This document shows, in pieces, positions 1 to 9,765 of a DNA stretch of 64,000 nt. Below the pieces are notes generated by a model. That model searched no databases, was not told the DNA's origin, and saw only the letters and a program-made list of their open reading frames with translations. Source of the stretch: an uncultured Thermoplasmata archaeon (GTDB lineage Archaea; Thermoplasmatota; Thermoplasmata; UBA10834); the NCBI GenBank assembly GCA_963719945.1, contig CAVRDX010000002.1, forward strand, positions 32,001 to 96,000, in the 5' to 3' direction. How positions within the stretch are numbered: the first letter of the stretch is position 1; each line of letters starts with the position of its first letter. A program made the position numbers and the translations under genes.

Positions 1-1143
1 GGATTCCCCATAGAACGGTTTATCCCGGTCTTCTTCCGACACGTAGTGAGCAACCTCCTCGAAGAAGGACATCGGCTCGAAACACGCCTCTGGCGGTACG
101 ACACCGCGAACAGAGACCTCCCCCCGGAGGACTCTAAAGGCCGCGACTGCCAGCGGAACACTAGTGTAGCCTACACCGACGGGCCAACATGTGTAGCGGG
201 CCCGCCTGCCGTCTTTCAACCCGGTCGTAACAATCCACATGTCCCATCCGGGAGCACTCCCTTTCAACCAATCCTCGTGATCACTCTCGATTGTCTCCAG
301 GAACGACCGTGTGGCCTCCTTGATCGAACTCATATCTCGAGATATCCGCTTAGCCTCTTGATGCGCCAACTGGCTTATCTCCAAAGGAGAGATGCCACAC
401 ACACACGACACACTACGGAGACGGGAAACGTAGCGAGGCAATGTAATCTGCTCCGGGCTGGCACACGGATAGGCGGTTAGGATCATTCCCCGGGGAGATC
501 TTAATTCAACACCGTGCTCGAGCGGGTCGACCATTATCCATGACTCATCACGATACACTCGGACGGGCCCACTGATTAGGCTCATGACGAGCTGCCAGGA
601 TGAGTCGACTCTGCCACTCTTTCCAAGTCCACTGATGGCATCGCGCAACAGCTCATCGGGAAGGGCCAATTGGTAGCAGAACATCATCTCGTTGACACTG
701 TCGAACTGCCTGCTAGAATGCACCGCAAGTAGGTTGTCTATGCCAGGGTCAAGACCCATTCCAATAATTGCGACGACGTCATGCTCCTTGGCCAATGAGT
801 CTAGCTCGAGTTGTCTCTCAGCCGTCCGTCCATCAGCTCCGAGGTCGCAATAGTGAGTGCCTGCGTCGACAGCTGCTCGAAGCGCTGGGAGAAGGACTTC
901 CCACTCGGGCCCCGCCGCGTTGACCACAATGTCATAGTCTCTTGCCACCGAAGTGAGACGGTGCTCGTCGCGGATGTCTACAAGCACTGAGCGAGCCTTG
1001 TCCCCGATTTCTGATGCACGGCGTCTGAGAACACTTTCGTTCCTGCCTGCGAGGCCGAGCTCAGAAACGACTTCCGAACGTGCTAGGCACAGAGCAGCAC
1101 CCTCGCCGAAACGGCCAGATCCTCCCAGGAGAAGAACACGCAC
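1..1143 (-). CDS. Saccharopine dehydrogenase-like NAD(P)-dependent oxidoreductase (3' end runs off window)
   Basis: Manual translation of the 5' part from GTG at 1143 gives VRVLLLGGSGRFG (Rossmann), GLAGRN, DIVVNAAGP, GTHYCDL, GMGLDPG. The same frame is open at position 1. Absent from the ORF track, consistent with no stop inside the window. Confidence 0.85.
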   Translation of the reverse strand, partial: MRVLLLGGSGRFGEGAALCLARSEVVSELGLAGRNESVLRRRASEIGDKARSVLVDIRDEHRLTSVARDYDIVVNAAGPEWEVLLPALRAAVDAGTHYCDLGADGRTAERQLELDSLAKEHDVVAIIGMGLDPGIDNLLAVHSSRQFDSVNEMMFCYQLALPDELLRDAISGLGKSGRVDSSWQLVMSLISGPVRVYRDESWIMVDPLEHGVELRSPRGMILTAYPCASPEQITLPRYVSRLRSVSCVCGISPLEISQLAHQEAKRISRDMSSIKEATRSFLETIESDHEDWLKGSAPGWDMWIVTTGLKDGRRARYTCWPVGVGYTSVPLAVAAFRVLRGEVSVRGVVPPEACFEPMSFFEEVAHYVSEEDRDKPFYGES

Positions 1144-1273
1144 TGAGACCACCCGAAATGGAAATCCGGTCTAAGGTACATTATCCTTCTTAGCGTTCGA
1201 TGAGGAAGTGGGAGAGATGCGCTCGGGTTGACAACCCTTTGATTGAGAAGGGGCCGAGGAAAACCCGTAGAGC

Positions 1274-1358
1274 GGAAAAGAAGAGACAAAGGTTTCTTGA
1301 GGTCCTGCCGCTCAGGGCTCACTCAAGTCGGATAAACGTTCACGGGGGAACCAGTATC
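1274..1358 (-). ncRNA. Candidate small structured RNA or attenuated leader
   Basis: TATAATAA at 1375-1382 (minus), two hairpins (1331-1358, 1296-1327), then an AAACC + pyrimidine tract; no convincing ORF. Confidence 0.25.
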
Positions 1359-1581
1359 AATTTTCCTTCAGCAGTTATTATACCGGTGTCGTTGGGGTAT
1401 TCAGAGGTGACTCGCTACACATAGATTGTATTATGTCACTCATGATCATCATTCGACGGTTACGCGTATGGAATGAGTCGCAGCCTGTGTGACATAATCG
1501 ACAGCAACATTCATCTTTAGATGAATCAATGAATCCTCAAATCACTTGATGCAGCATATTGACTCAGGGGCGATCGACTAG

Positions 1582-2031
1582 ATGTGTTCAGTATATTTCG
1601 TGTGCCACGGAAACACCTGCAGAAGCCCGATGGCTGCTGAGATCTTCCGACATGTCACCAAGATGAAAGGAGTCGAGGGCATCTCCGTTGATTCCTTTGG
1701 AATCAAACCATACTGTCCTGACAATCCGAAGGTGAAGGAATTGAGGGAAGCCGCAGTGACCGAGGTCATGGGCGGGCTCATCGAATTATGTCGGCATAAA
1801 CCCAAGGGCATCGAAGGTGTGGACCTGAAGTCGGAGGATCTGTTGGTCATATTGAATCCTGATGATATGCCTGCGCTCAAAGAACAGATCGCCAGGACAG
1901 AGACTTTTCCCAGACTCATAGTCTGGGACATCGAGGATCCTTTTCTCGAGCCCATCGAGAAGTATATCGAAAGCGCGAGGGCCATCAAATCTGCGATCGA
2001 GCGCGATCTGCATCTCATCTTAGGAGATTAG
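1582..2031 (+). CDS. Low-molecular-weight protein tyrosine phosphatase / arsenate reductase family protein
   Basis: N-terminal P-loop VYFVCHGNTCRSPMA (CX5R) and C-terminal WDIEDPF. Confidence 0.85.
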   Translation: MCSVYFVCHGNTCRSPMAAEIFRHVTKMKGVEGISVDSFGIKPYCPDNPKVKELREAAVTEVMGGLIELCRHKPKGIEGVDLKSEDLLVILNPDDMPALKEQIARTETFPRLIVWDIEDPFLEPIEKYIESARAIKSAIERDLHLILGD

Positions 2032-2121
2032 GGTACGCAAGAGACATTGGCCGCGTGGCAATTGTGAGTGGTCTCGAAGACCCTCACCCACCATGAGATC
2101 GCAGACATCGTCCGTGGCCGA

Positions 2122-3249
2122 TCATGCGCCTGTCCACACAGGCGCGGTCCATGCGGTCACACCCGGGAGGCCCAGTTCGTTCGATTGCGTGGACACACGG
2201 ATGTAGTAGTAGGTCGAACCGGCTGAGTCCAGTGTCACCGTGCCGTCGAATGTGCAGCTGCCGTCACCTGTCATGTTCTTTACGACCTGGCCTCCGTCCG
2301 AGACAATCTCCACCCATGTGATCGCATCGCTCGCGACCCCGTCCGGGTCCTCGATGTGAATGCCCGCAGTGAAGGACGACTCGCCGTTCAACACCGACCC
2401 CATTACAGCACCGTTGAGCGTGAAGCATATCTCGAGGTTGCTGTCCTGGGTCGCATATCCTCTGCCCTGCCGCATCGCATCGTACAAGTCATCTCTTGAG
2501 AGACTCTGCGCCAAGAGCACCGTCCTCACCTCATAGCCGGATATCCACTCGCCGTAGTGGTCGTCCGATGTGGCGGTCGGCATCATGTGCCATCCAGCAT
2601 CCAGCGCCTTGATATAGCTCGACTCGCGGTCTCCCCAGTTGTAGCACTCGATCATGCCCATTGCCAGGTCGCGTTCCTCGTTGCAGAAATCGAACTGGTA
2701 GTAGTCCCAGCAGACAGGGCAGCCGTATGACAACGGATGGTTCCACTGCCCGATTGCTCCAGGCTCCTCTGCAATCCAATCGTATATCCACGGGAACAAC
2801 GAATCGCCAGTCATCCGATCCCCCTCAAAGTGCGGGTAGGGTTTGGAGACGGCGTCCGGGGGCATGTTCCTCGTGCCGTAGATGTTGATCTCGTTTATTC
2901 CTGGGATGAAATACTCGTATCCCGCCATTGCGACGAACTCTCCATCGATATCGTGTTCGTCAGCTGAGCGCAGTATGTCATTCCACTCCCATTCGAGCAG
3001 CAGGTAATGATGGTCCGTTATCGCCATGAAGTCAGCGCCAGCCGCCCGAGCTGCCTCGAACGCTTCATCGGGCGTGCCCTCCCCGTCGGAATAAGATGTG
3101 TGAGAGTGCAGGTCGCCGAAGTACAGGTTGTACACGGGAGCGGTATCTTCCGCTCCGACCGTGCGTACGGTCGCTCCGCAGAAGGGAACGCTGAGCATTG
3201 CGATCACAAGAGCCAAGGACAATCCTGAGATGAGCCTTCTTCTGAACAT
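2122..3249 (-). CDS. Secreted PHP-domain metallohydrolase (CehA/McbA-like)
   Basis: Signal peptide; GDLHSHTSYSDG, AITDHH, NHP and SDDH metal-ligand motifs; C-terminal YYYIRV..AWTAPVW. Alternative TTG start at 3258. Confidence 0.8.
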   Translation of the reverse strand: MFRRRLISGLSLALVIAMLSVPFCGATVRTVGAEDTAPVYNLYFGDLHSHTSYSDGEGTPDEAFEAARAAGADFMAITDHHYLLLEWEWNDILRSADEHDIDGEFVAMAGYEYFIPGINEINIYGTRNMPPDAVSKPYPHFEGDRMTGDSLFPWIYDWIAEEPGAIGQWNHPLSYGCPVCWDYYQFDFCNEERDLAMGMIECYNWGDRESSYIKALDAGWHMMPTATSDDHYGEWISGYEVRTVLLAQSLSRDDLYDAMRQGRGYATQDSNLEICFTLNGAVMGSVLNGESSFTAGIHIEDPDGVASDAITWVEIVSDGGQVVKNMTGDGSCTFDGTVTLDSAGSTYYYIRVSTQSNELGLPGVTAWTAPVWTGA

Positions 3250-3404
3250 GTTTGACAAGTCCCCCCGACACCAGGCTATCGGAAGGGTATCTCCCAGAGT
3301 CTATATTTTGATTACTGACTCGGGGCAGAAGCCGCACTAGAAAAATGCCGGGCAGCAAGAGCTCGATCCTTGGCCCGGCAGTAGTGAGAAGATACTGTGC
3401 AAGA

Positions 3405-3803
3405 TCATTTCTTGGCAGGCATGTTGCTGTTCCATATATCTCGATGAAGATGCCATGAGCCCTCGGCATCTTGTCTCCACAGAACCATGTACTTGCCCTT
3501 ATCCTCAAAGGGCGTCTGTCCCTGCGGGTGTATCTTGAGTGTATAGTTCCCGATCTCCTCCACCGTGTCGCCTTTCTTGTGTAGCTCGACCGTTGACAGG
3601 ATGGCGTCTCGTACTCCCATCTTCATCGCGCCGTCCCAGAATTTGGTCGTGCCTTCTCTCCCACGCACCGTCTCCATGTTCGGAGGCATCAGCAACGCGT
3701 CCTCGGTATACAGCGCGCCTACAGCAGCTGCGTTCCCTTTCCTGATACCCTCGCCGAACCTGATGTTCGCCTTTTCGATCTCCTTCCTCAATTCCTCGGT
3801 CAC
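3405..3803 (-). CDS. NTF2-like / DUF4440 (SnoaL-like) protein
   Basis: LYTEDALLMPP, GKYMVLWRQ..GSW pattern; GTG start after GGAGGGGGTG RBS. Confidence 0.8.
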   Translation of the reverse strand: MTEELRKEIEKANIRFGEGIRKGNAAAVGALYTEDALLMPPNMETVRGREGTTKFWDGAMKMGVRDAILSTVELHKKGDTVEEIGNYTLKIHPQGQTPFEDKGKYMVLWRQDAEGSWHLHRDIWNSNMPAKK

Positions 3804-3985
3804 TTCTTCACCCCCTCCTCGAACCATTCTCGAGGCTCCTTATCAATGGGCTCCGACGGCTACAATATCCTTTTCATCCGAAGCATCGTCAGTTGCCGGA
3901 TCATGAGGTATTCGCCTCACGTCCCGTCAGTCTTTATATAGCGAACATGCATAGCAGATTTCAGCGAATCAGTGGAGGATTGGCT

Positions 3986-5848
3986 ATGAGAGTCAGTGTG
4001 TTAATCATTACAGCATGCATGATGACATTATGTTTCAGTTTCGTCAATGTACCTGCGAGTGCAGCGGTTGAGGGATGGGAGGACCCAATAATGGTTCAGC
4101 CCAACATCGAGTACACTCAATGCGACACTCTGAGGATAGACGACCAGGGGAATGCGCTGATCGTCTGGGAACAGCCTTGGGGCAACTTCTCTGACCCGGC
4201 TGTTTGGGCACGGCAATACAACCGTGTGCTTGGATGGAGCGAGCCTGTAAAGATATTCGATGAAGAATTCTGGTGCGGATATACGACCATGAGCATGTCG
4301 TCCAATGGAAGGGCGATCGCCGCCTGGGGGGGAGCCTCCGAATCGGATGACTTGACACGAGTATATGGGCGATTCTTCGACCCGATCTCGGGCTGGGGAC
4401 AGACATGGATAATGGCAGATTATCAGTCAGGCATAGGCTCGATCTCCGTCGATGTCAATGATGATGGCGATGCTGCATATGTCTGGGGCGGTCTCGGGAC
4501 ATTGTATGTGAGCATTTACGATGATACGACCGGCTGGAGCGACCCAGAGATGATCAACAGGATCGCATCTGATCCGATCATCGCCCTCGACAGCTTCGGA
4601 AATGCGCTATTGCTCTGGAACAATCATGACCTTGAAACAGTCGAGGCCATGAGATATGTTCCAGGGGAAGGTTGGGGAGAGATAATCAGCGTCAGTGGCA
4701 CGGTCGGCGGATTCCGGGCCACCATGGGGATGGATGAATCTGGGAACGCACTGGCCGTGTGGTCCTACAACGACATGGTCACCTGGAGTCTCTACGCTGC
4801 CTCATTCACTCCATCGAACGGGTGGAATGCCCCCGTCAGGATTGGCCCTTCGGAGAATGGAATGTACCCCGGCTATGCGAACGTGGATTCGGGAGCGGAA
4901 GGCGAATTCTTCGTCACTTGGCAGCAATCAGACTCCGATGCTATGGATGACCAGTCGGTCTGGGCTAAGCGCTGGACTTTGGCAGACGGATGGGATGATT
5001 CAACGAGGATCAGCTCAGCGGGCCATTGCTACTATGGCATGTGGCCAAGCATCAGCGTCAACAGAGCAGGGCAGGCAGTCGTCGCATGGACCCAGGGCGA
5101 TGTAGGCGCCACTCTGGTCGATGCTAGGATGAGCCGATACACGCCTGGTCTGGGATGGAGCGCTCCGATGGTCATTGACAATTCCGATGAGTTGAACGCT
5201 TGGTGGGGCAGGGTCGTCATCGATCCGCTTGGGAACAACATCGCCACATGGAAGCTGGATTTCGGCCAGTGTATCTTATGGGGTTCGGTGTACAAGGCAT
5301 ATTGGGCACCCGATGTCATGATATCGGAGCCTCTTGACGGCACGACGACGGACGTATCTCCGATAATGATCAGAGGATTTGCCGAGTCGGGATCGATCCT
5401 CACTGTGAATGGCATGCCTGCTCCAATCGCAGCGGATGATTCATTCGAAGTGGAAGTCAGTCTATCGCCAGGGGAAAACTTGATTGTCGCCAGGGCAACG
5501 GATGACTTGGACAGATACACTGAAACCAGCATCACTGTGATCTTTGCCAAGGAATCAGGCGACCCAACGGCAGTCATCGATGTCTCATCAACCCACAACT
5601 GGAAGTTGTGGAGATTCGACGGCAGAGGTTCGACGGATGATGTGAAGGTCGTAGGATATCTGTGGGACTTCGGCGATGGAACATCCTCGACATCGATTGT
5701 GACGGTTCACAAGTACCAGAAGGCAGGAGTCTATCTCGTGACACTGACGGTCTGGGACGACGAGGGAGGATCAGACACCGCATCGCTGAAGATCACCGTG
5801 GGATCCGGCGGAAGCCTGAAGATGAGCCCTCAGAGGAACCTGAACTGA
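3986..5848 (+). CDS. Secreted surface protein: repeat beta-rich domain, Ig-like domain and C-terminal PKD domain
   Basis: Signal peptide after GGAGG; repeated GNAL.VW...Y....GWS.P units; LSPGENLIVARATD Ig-like motif; WDFGDG..HKY...GVYLVTLTVWDDEG PKD motif. Confidence 0.8.
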   Translation: MRVSVLIITACMMTLCFSFVNVPASAAVEGWEDPIMVQPNIEYTQCDTLRIDDQGNALIVWEQPWGNFSDPAVWARQYNRVLGWSEPVKIFDEEFWCGYTTMSMSSNGRAIAAWGGASESDDLTRVYGRFFDPISGWGQTWIMADYQSGIGSISVDVNDDGDAAYVWGGLGTLYVSIYDDTTGWSDPEMINRIASDPIIALDSFGNALLLWNNHDLETVEAMRYVPGEGWGEIISVSGTVGGFRATMGMDESGNALAVWSYNDMVTWSLYAASFTPSNGWNAPVRIGPSENGMYPGYANVDSGAEGEFFVTWQQSDSDAMDDQSVWAKRWTLADGWDDSTRISSAGHCYYGMWPSISVNRAGQAVVAWTQGDVGATLVDARMSRYTPGLGWSAPMVIDNSDELNAWWGRVVIDPLGNNIATWKLDFGQCILWGSVYKAYWAPDVMISEPLDGTTTDVSPIMIRGFAESGSILTVNGMPAPIAADDSFEVEVSLSPGENLIVARATDDLDRYTETSITVIFAKESGDPTAVIDVSSTHNWKLWRFDGRGSTDDVKVVGYLWDFGDGTSSTSIVTVHKYQKAGVYLVTLTVWDDEGGSDTASLKITVGSGGSLKMSPQRNLN

Positions 5849-6178
5849 GATGTCGTAGCACCATCAGCGGATAGATGCATTCGAACAGTATAGCCTAGAT
5901 GCTGGCAATACTCGTCTCAATCCGAGTTAACGGCAAAAGCATGCTCGAGAACAGTCATGAATAGCAGAGACGAAAAAGCCGAAACATGCGGTCCAAATTC
6001 GATTCCATCTGATGGGTGGTGACCGTTCACAATTGTAGCAACACGCTATTCATTGGAAACACTGACAGGTTGATATTCCACAGTCCGCTGCCCAGGAGCA
6101 TGAAGACAGTTGGACGCATGGGAAAGAAATCTCAGGATTTCAAGGCAGAGACAATCACTTCAACGGAAAAGAATGTGT

Positions 6179-6196
6179 GAGGCCCTTTAGGGCCTC
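6179..6196 (-). terminator. Hairpin GAGGCCC-N4-GGGCCTC followed by a T-rich tract, downstream of CDS 6207-7883
   Basis: Perfect 7-bp stem about 10 nt past the stop, then CACATTCTTTTCC on the minus strand. Confidence 0.5.
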
Positions 6197-6206
6197 TTTA
6201 AGAGAT

Positions 6207-7883
6207 TTATAGTTTTATGCTGCCCTTGGCGAAGGTCCTCACGGAATCACTGCCGCTGAAATCCAGGCAACCGGCAGCACTTCCAGCCACAAGAATATCA
6301 ACTGTTTCGCCGATTTCCACGCCAGCAGCGATGAGCCCTTCAACCACTTCAGTTTTCAGGAACTTAACCATAAGGTCAGGGATTCCATCTTCATCGTAAT
6401 CACATATATCGGTCGGCTCATCGACAGCCCATGCGAGCACGCTATCTAGATCAGGATAGCACAGTCTCAGTGTTGAGATATCAATCAAAGACACATCGTA
6501 TGTGGACTCGGTCACCAATACATCGTCGAAATGAGCATGGCGGGCGGCTGCTCCCTGTCTCAGACCAATCTTCCCTGATAGATAGGGACTCACCGATTCA
6601 TCTGTATAGGTGACGACAGGGTCTGCCCCGTCATCCAGATAGACACTGATGCTCGCTCCTGACGCAACCACTGTGATTGAATACCACTCGCCAACGGCGA
6701 CAGTACATTGTTCATAGGCCATCAGCGTGTAGACTCCAGCTACGGCCTTATAGATACAAATGCCAGCATCAGAGCCAACTTGAGGATGGACGAGATATCC
6801 GTTTAATCCATCGTCATCCACCCGTACAAATGCACTTCCTTCCCTCGCAGCGCCACCATCGTCGGAGCAAATTCTGACATTGTATCCCAGTGTATAATCC
6901 GTCCAAGATGTGTCGCCGGTGACGAGGGTGATCTCTTCGACACCAGCAGCAGGTACTGGGCTGTAGACCCAATCAAGAGAATGACCGACACCAGTCGTAG
7001 ACAGGTCCTTCTCTATCATCCATCCGCCCGATACTTCGTCCCATTCTCTCTCGAAATCATCACTGAAGAGCATGCTTGAGGCTTCACTGACTCGCACATC
7101 ATCGAACCATGCAGAGTATGTGCCGAGCGGCACAGTTGAAGTCCCGACCTTATCATAGAAGATGAGTCCTACTCTACCCTCCAAGTAAGGGTCACTAGAG
7201 GTATCCACATAGACATCTTGCGGGCTTGGCCAATCAGCTTGGGTGACTGGCTTGTAGCATAATTCGATAGTGTTTCCAGTGAGGATTATCTTCATATCAT
7301 ACCATTGGTTCGCAACTATCACCGGGAAATCCTGCGGAGTCTTATCACACTCGACCCGCAACCACATGCCGTTCGTGTGCTTCCAAATCTCTGCCACTTG
7401 CTCTGCCGAATTCAGATAGGCACTGTAATACGTCTTGCCTTCAGCATCTGCTCGGACAATGAGCCCCCAATAGGTGTCAGATGTATAGACCCTGGCTTCA
7501 AGAGTATAATCGGTCCAATCTACTTCGCCTGCAAATATGGCCGTACCCCTAGTCTCAACAGATCTTGCTTCGAAGAAATGATTCCCAGCTGAGTCCGACA
7601 ACACCTTCCATTCGCCACGGTCCTGATCGACCCAGTCCAACTCAAAATCATCTGCGAAGAGTACCTTGTCCAACGGCCCTTCGATATGAGCAGTAACGTA
7701 CTCACCACTACTTTCCATGTTCAAGGAGTCCGCAAAATCGACCGTAACCGCACTGGAAAGACCAACCAGACATGCGATCAGAACGGCAAGAACACCAGCG
7801 ATATGAGTGCCAGTCAACCCCTGGTATTTCGGCGGCTCCAAGACTGTTCGTCTAACCTTCCTCAACTTCCTAGTCTTCATCAT
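6207..7883 (-). CDS. Secreted protein with two tandem concanavalin/DUF1080 (GH16-like) jelly-roll domains
   Basis: N-terminal hydrophobic segment; two repeats LF.DDFE...WTDYTL...G.VGL/G.IGL...FDDV.V; DYDEDGIPDLMVKF near the C-terminus. Confidence 0.75.
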   Translation of the reverse strand: MMKTRKLRKVRRTVLEPPKYQGLTGTHIAGVLAVLIACLVGLSSAVTVDFADSLNMESSGEYVTAHIEGPLDKVLFADDFELDWVDQDRGEWKVLSDSAGNHFFEARSVETRGTAIFAGEVDWTDYTLEARVYTSDTYWGLIVRADAEGKTYYSAYLNSAEQVAEIWKHTNGMWLRVECDKTPQDFPVIVANQWYDMKIILTGNTIELCYKPVTQADWPSPQDVYVDTSSDPYLEGRVGLIFYDKVGTSTVPLGTYSAWFDDVRVSEASSMLFSDDFEREWDEVSGGWMIEKDLSTTGVGHSLDWVYSPVPAAGVEEITLVTGDTSWTDYTLGYNVRICSDDGGAAREGSAFVRVDDDGLNGYLVHPQVGSDAGICIYKAVAGVYTLMAYEQCTVAVGEWYSITVVASGASISVYLDDGADPVVTYTDESVSPYLSGKIGLRQGAAARHAHFDDVLVTESTYDVSLIDISTLRLCYPDLDSVLAWAVDEPTDICDYDEDGIPDLMVKFLKTEVVEGLIAAGVEIGETVDILVAGSAAGCLDFSGSDSVRTFAKGSIKL

Positions 7884-8241
7884 TCCATTCCTCCTACGTC
7901 TCTTGCACGGATCCTCTTAGATCCTGCACTGGCCTTGGGAGAACTGGAATAGCAGTGGCATCAATTGAGTAAAAGTTTCACAAGATGGTCGACAATGTCC
8001 GAATTCATAGACGATGTATGCTCCAGGCTTGTCATTCCCCCAATCCCACCCGAGCCCACTAACTCGGATAGAAACCGCAGTGCCTACTGACTCTATAAAT
8101 CTTCTCAAAGGAGACGCGACGTTGATGTCATAATCGATGTGATTGATTGGAATTCCATAGTCAACTGAAAGGGTCCTCAGGAACATATCGTCCATTGAAA
8201 TGACTGGGAAGGAGAGGACTCGAAGAGCATCTCGAAGGAAG

Positions 8242-8511
8242 ATGATCATAGAGTCAAAGGTGGACATAGACTACGAGAGGCTCCATGCTGACAGGCTCAC
8301 GATGGCGGTAGCCGAGCAGCAGCTCATGGGGCATATGCCCAGCAGCGTATATGCACAGGACTGGCGATTTGACGGGGCGAGCTTTTCATGGAGAGCTTAC
8401 TCGGCCGCAGCGACCATGGACGAGGATGTACGAGCGCTCCTCTGGTTCACGGGATTTACGGTTGTAGCCATCACAGCATTGATAGTGATATGCACATTCC
8501 TGTTCTGGTAG
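8242..8511 (+). CDS. Small hypothetical protein with C-terminal TM helix
   Basis: ORF with a hydrophobic C-terminus; start uncertain (8200 or 8242). Confidence 0.4.
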   Translation: MIIESKVDIDYERLHADRLTMAVAEQQLMGHMPSSVYAQDWRFDGASFSWRAYSAAATMDEDVRALLWFTGFTVVAITALIVICTFLFW

Positions 8512-8597
8512 AGTGCAAGAAAGATGAAGAGAAGGAAAGAGTTTGATAATGGCTCAGAAACCAGATGCATCTCCCTGATAGAGATAGCCACTCATCA

Positions 8598-9002
8598 CTA
8601 GACAGGAGTCATCTCGAAGTGCACATATGTGGGGTTCTCGCCCAATAATCCGACGGGATAATCGTATTTCCATTCAGTCTGGTATCCTGCCATCGTCACG
8701 ACCATATCATAGTCCCCATATGGAACATTATTGATGGTCGCCGTTCCATCGCTCTTGGTATATGCTTCCTTATCAATGCCTATGATTTGGAGCAGCGCCC
8801 CCTTGATGAATATCAATGGATTACTGTCCTCAACATAGACCACTGCCACTACGGAATACTTCAGATTCCCTCCGCCACCGGGAGTCGGATCCGCTGCATT
8901 TACGAATCCGGGCAGTATTGTCACAAGACCCACTACGATCACAATCGCCAAGCATAGACAATGCCCTCTATGGGATAACCGTGGTTCGGACCACATCGCC
9001 AA
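8598..9002 (-). CDS. Secreted carboxypeptidase-regulatory-like (Ig/prealbumin-fold) domain protein
   Basis: Signal peptide; IKGA...YTKSDG.ATI.NVPYG.Y.MVVTMAGYQ pattern. Confidence 0.7.
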   Translation of the reverse strand: MAMWSEPRLSHRGHCLCLAIVIVVGLVTILPGFVNAADPTPGGGGNLKYSVVAVVYVEDSNPLIFIKGALLQIIGIDKEAYTKSDGTATINNVPYGDYDMVVTMAGYQTEWKYDYPVGLLGENPTYVHFEMTPV

Positions 9003-9138
9003 TTCCTCCGAGAAGTCATCGAAGAAGCGCGCTATATAGGTTTCATTCTCCCACCCTTTCGACCAAACAAAGCAGACATATGTATTAATAATCAGACATT
9101 CATCTTAGTACACAGACGCCCATTTCAAAGGTGCACCC

Positions 9139-9735
9139 ATGAAAGAGCGCAGAGTCATCAGAGATCCGGCAGCGTTCCAACTGCTGGCCGATGAGACACG
9201 GATGAAGATCATATACATGCTCAGAGCGAATGAGATGACGGTTGGCAAGATTGCAGCCGAACTCACACTCACCCCGCAGACAATCTACCATCACATCAAG
9301 AAACTGCGCGAGGCTGAGATGGTAGAAGTGTCCAGAGAAGAGCGGTCCGACCACCTCGTTGAATCGTACTTCCGCGCGACTGCGGGCGTCTTCCATTTCG
9401 TCGATAACACTTTCTCGGAAGAGCGGGGAGGCATCGAGATAGTCCGGTCGGCCATGGACGCACTCAGAGAACTTGGTTTCGAGCTCGAAACCAGTGAAAA
9501 GCAGATGTCTGCAATACTGAAACTCAAAGAAGAGCTTACACGTAATAGAGGAAATTCTGAGATTCTCGAAAAGATCTACAACATGGACAATATCAATCCG
9601 ATCACGGGAGAAATCCTGGCTGAACTCGCGATGATGATGAAGATGAGCGACCACGAATTTGAGAAATATATAGACACCCAGCGCACCCTAAGGGAGTTTC
9701 TCTTATCCAAGAGAGCTCGCAAGGGTAAGTCCTAG
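9139..9735 (+). CDS. ArsR-family winged-helix transcriptional regulator
   Basis: LADETRMKIIYML...TVGKIA..L.LTPQTIYHHIKKLREAEMVE helix-turn-helix. Confidence 0.85.
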   Translation: MKERRVIRDPAAFQLLADETRMKIIYMLRANEMTVGKIAAELTLTPQTIYHHIKKLREAEMVEVSREERSDHLVESYFRATAGVFHFVDNTFSEERGGIEIVRSAMDALRELGFELETSEKQMSAILKLKEELTRNRGNSEILEKIYNMDNINPITGEILAELAMMMKMSDHEFEKYIDTQRTLREFLLSKRARKGKS

Positions 9736-9765
9736 TCCCGCCCCCCCATCAAGTGCGATTAGAAA

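Noticed and set aside
7917-8267. 116-aa minus-strand ORF
   Set aside because: No recognisable motif or RBS, and it overlaps a plus-strand candidate; unsupported.
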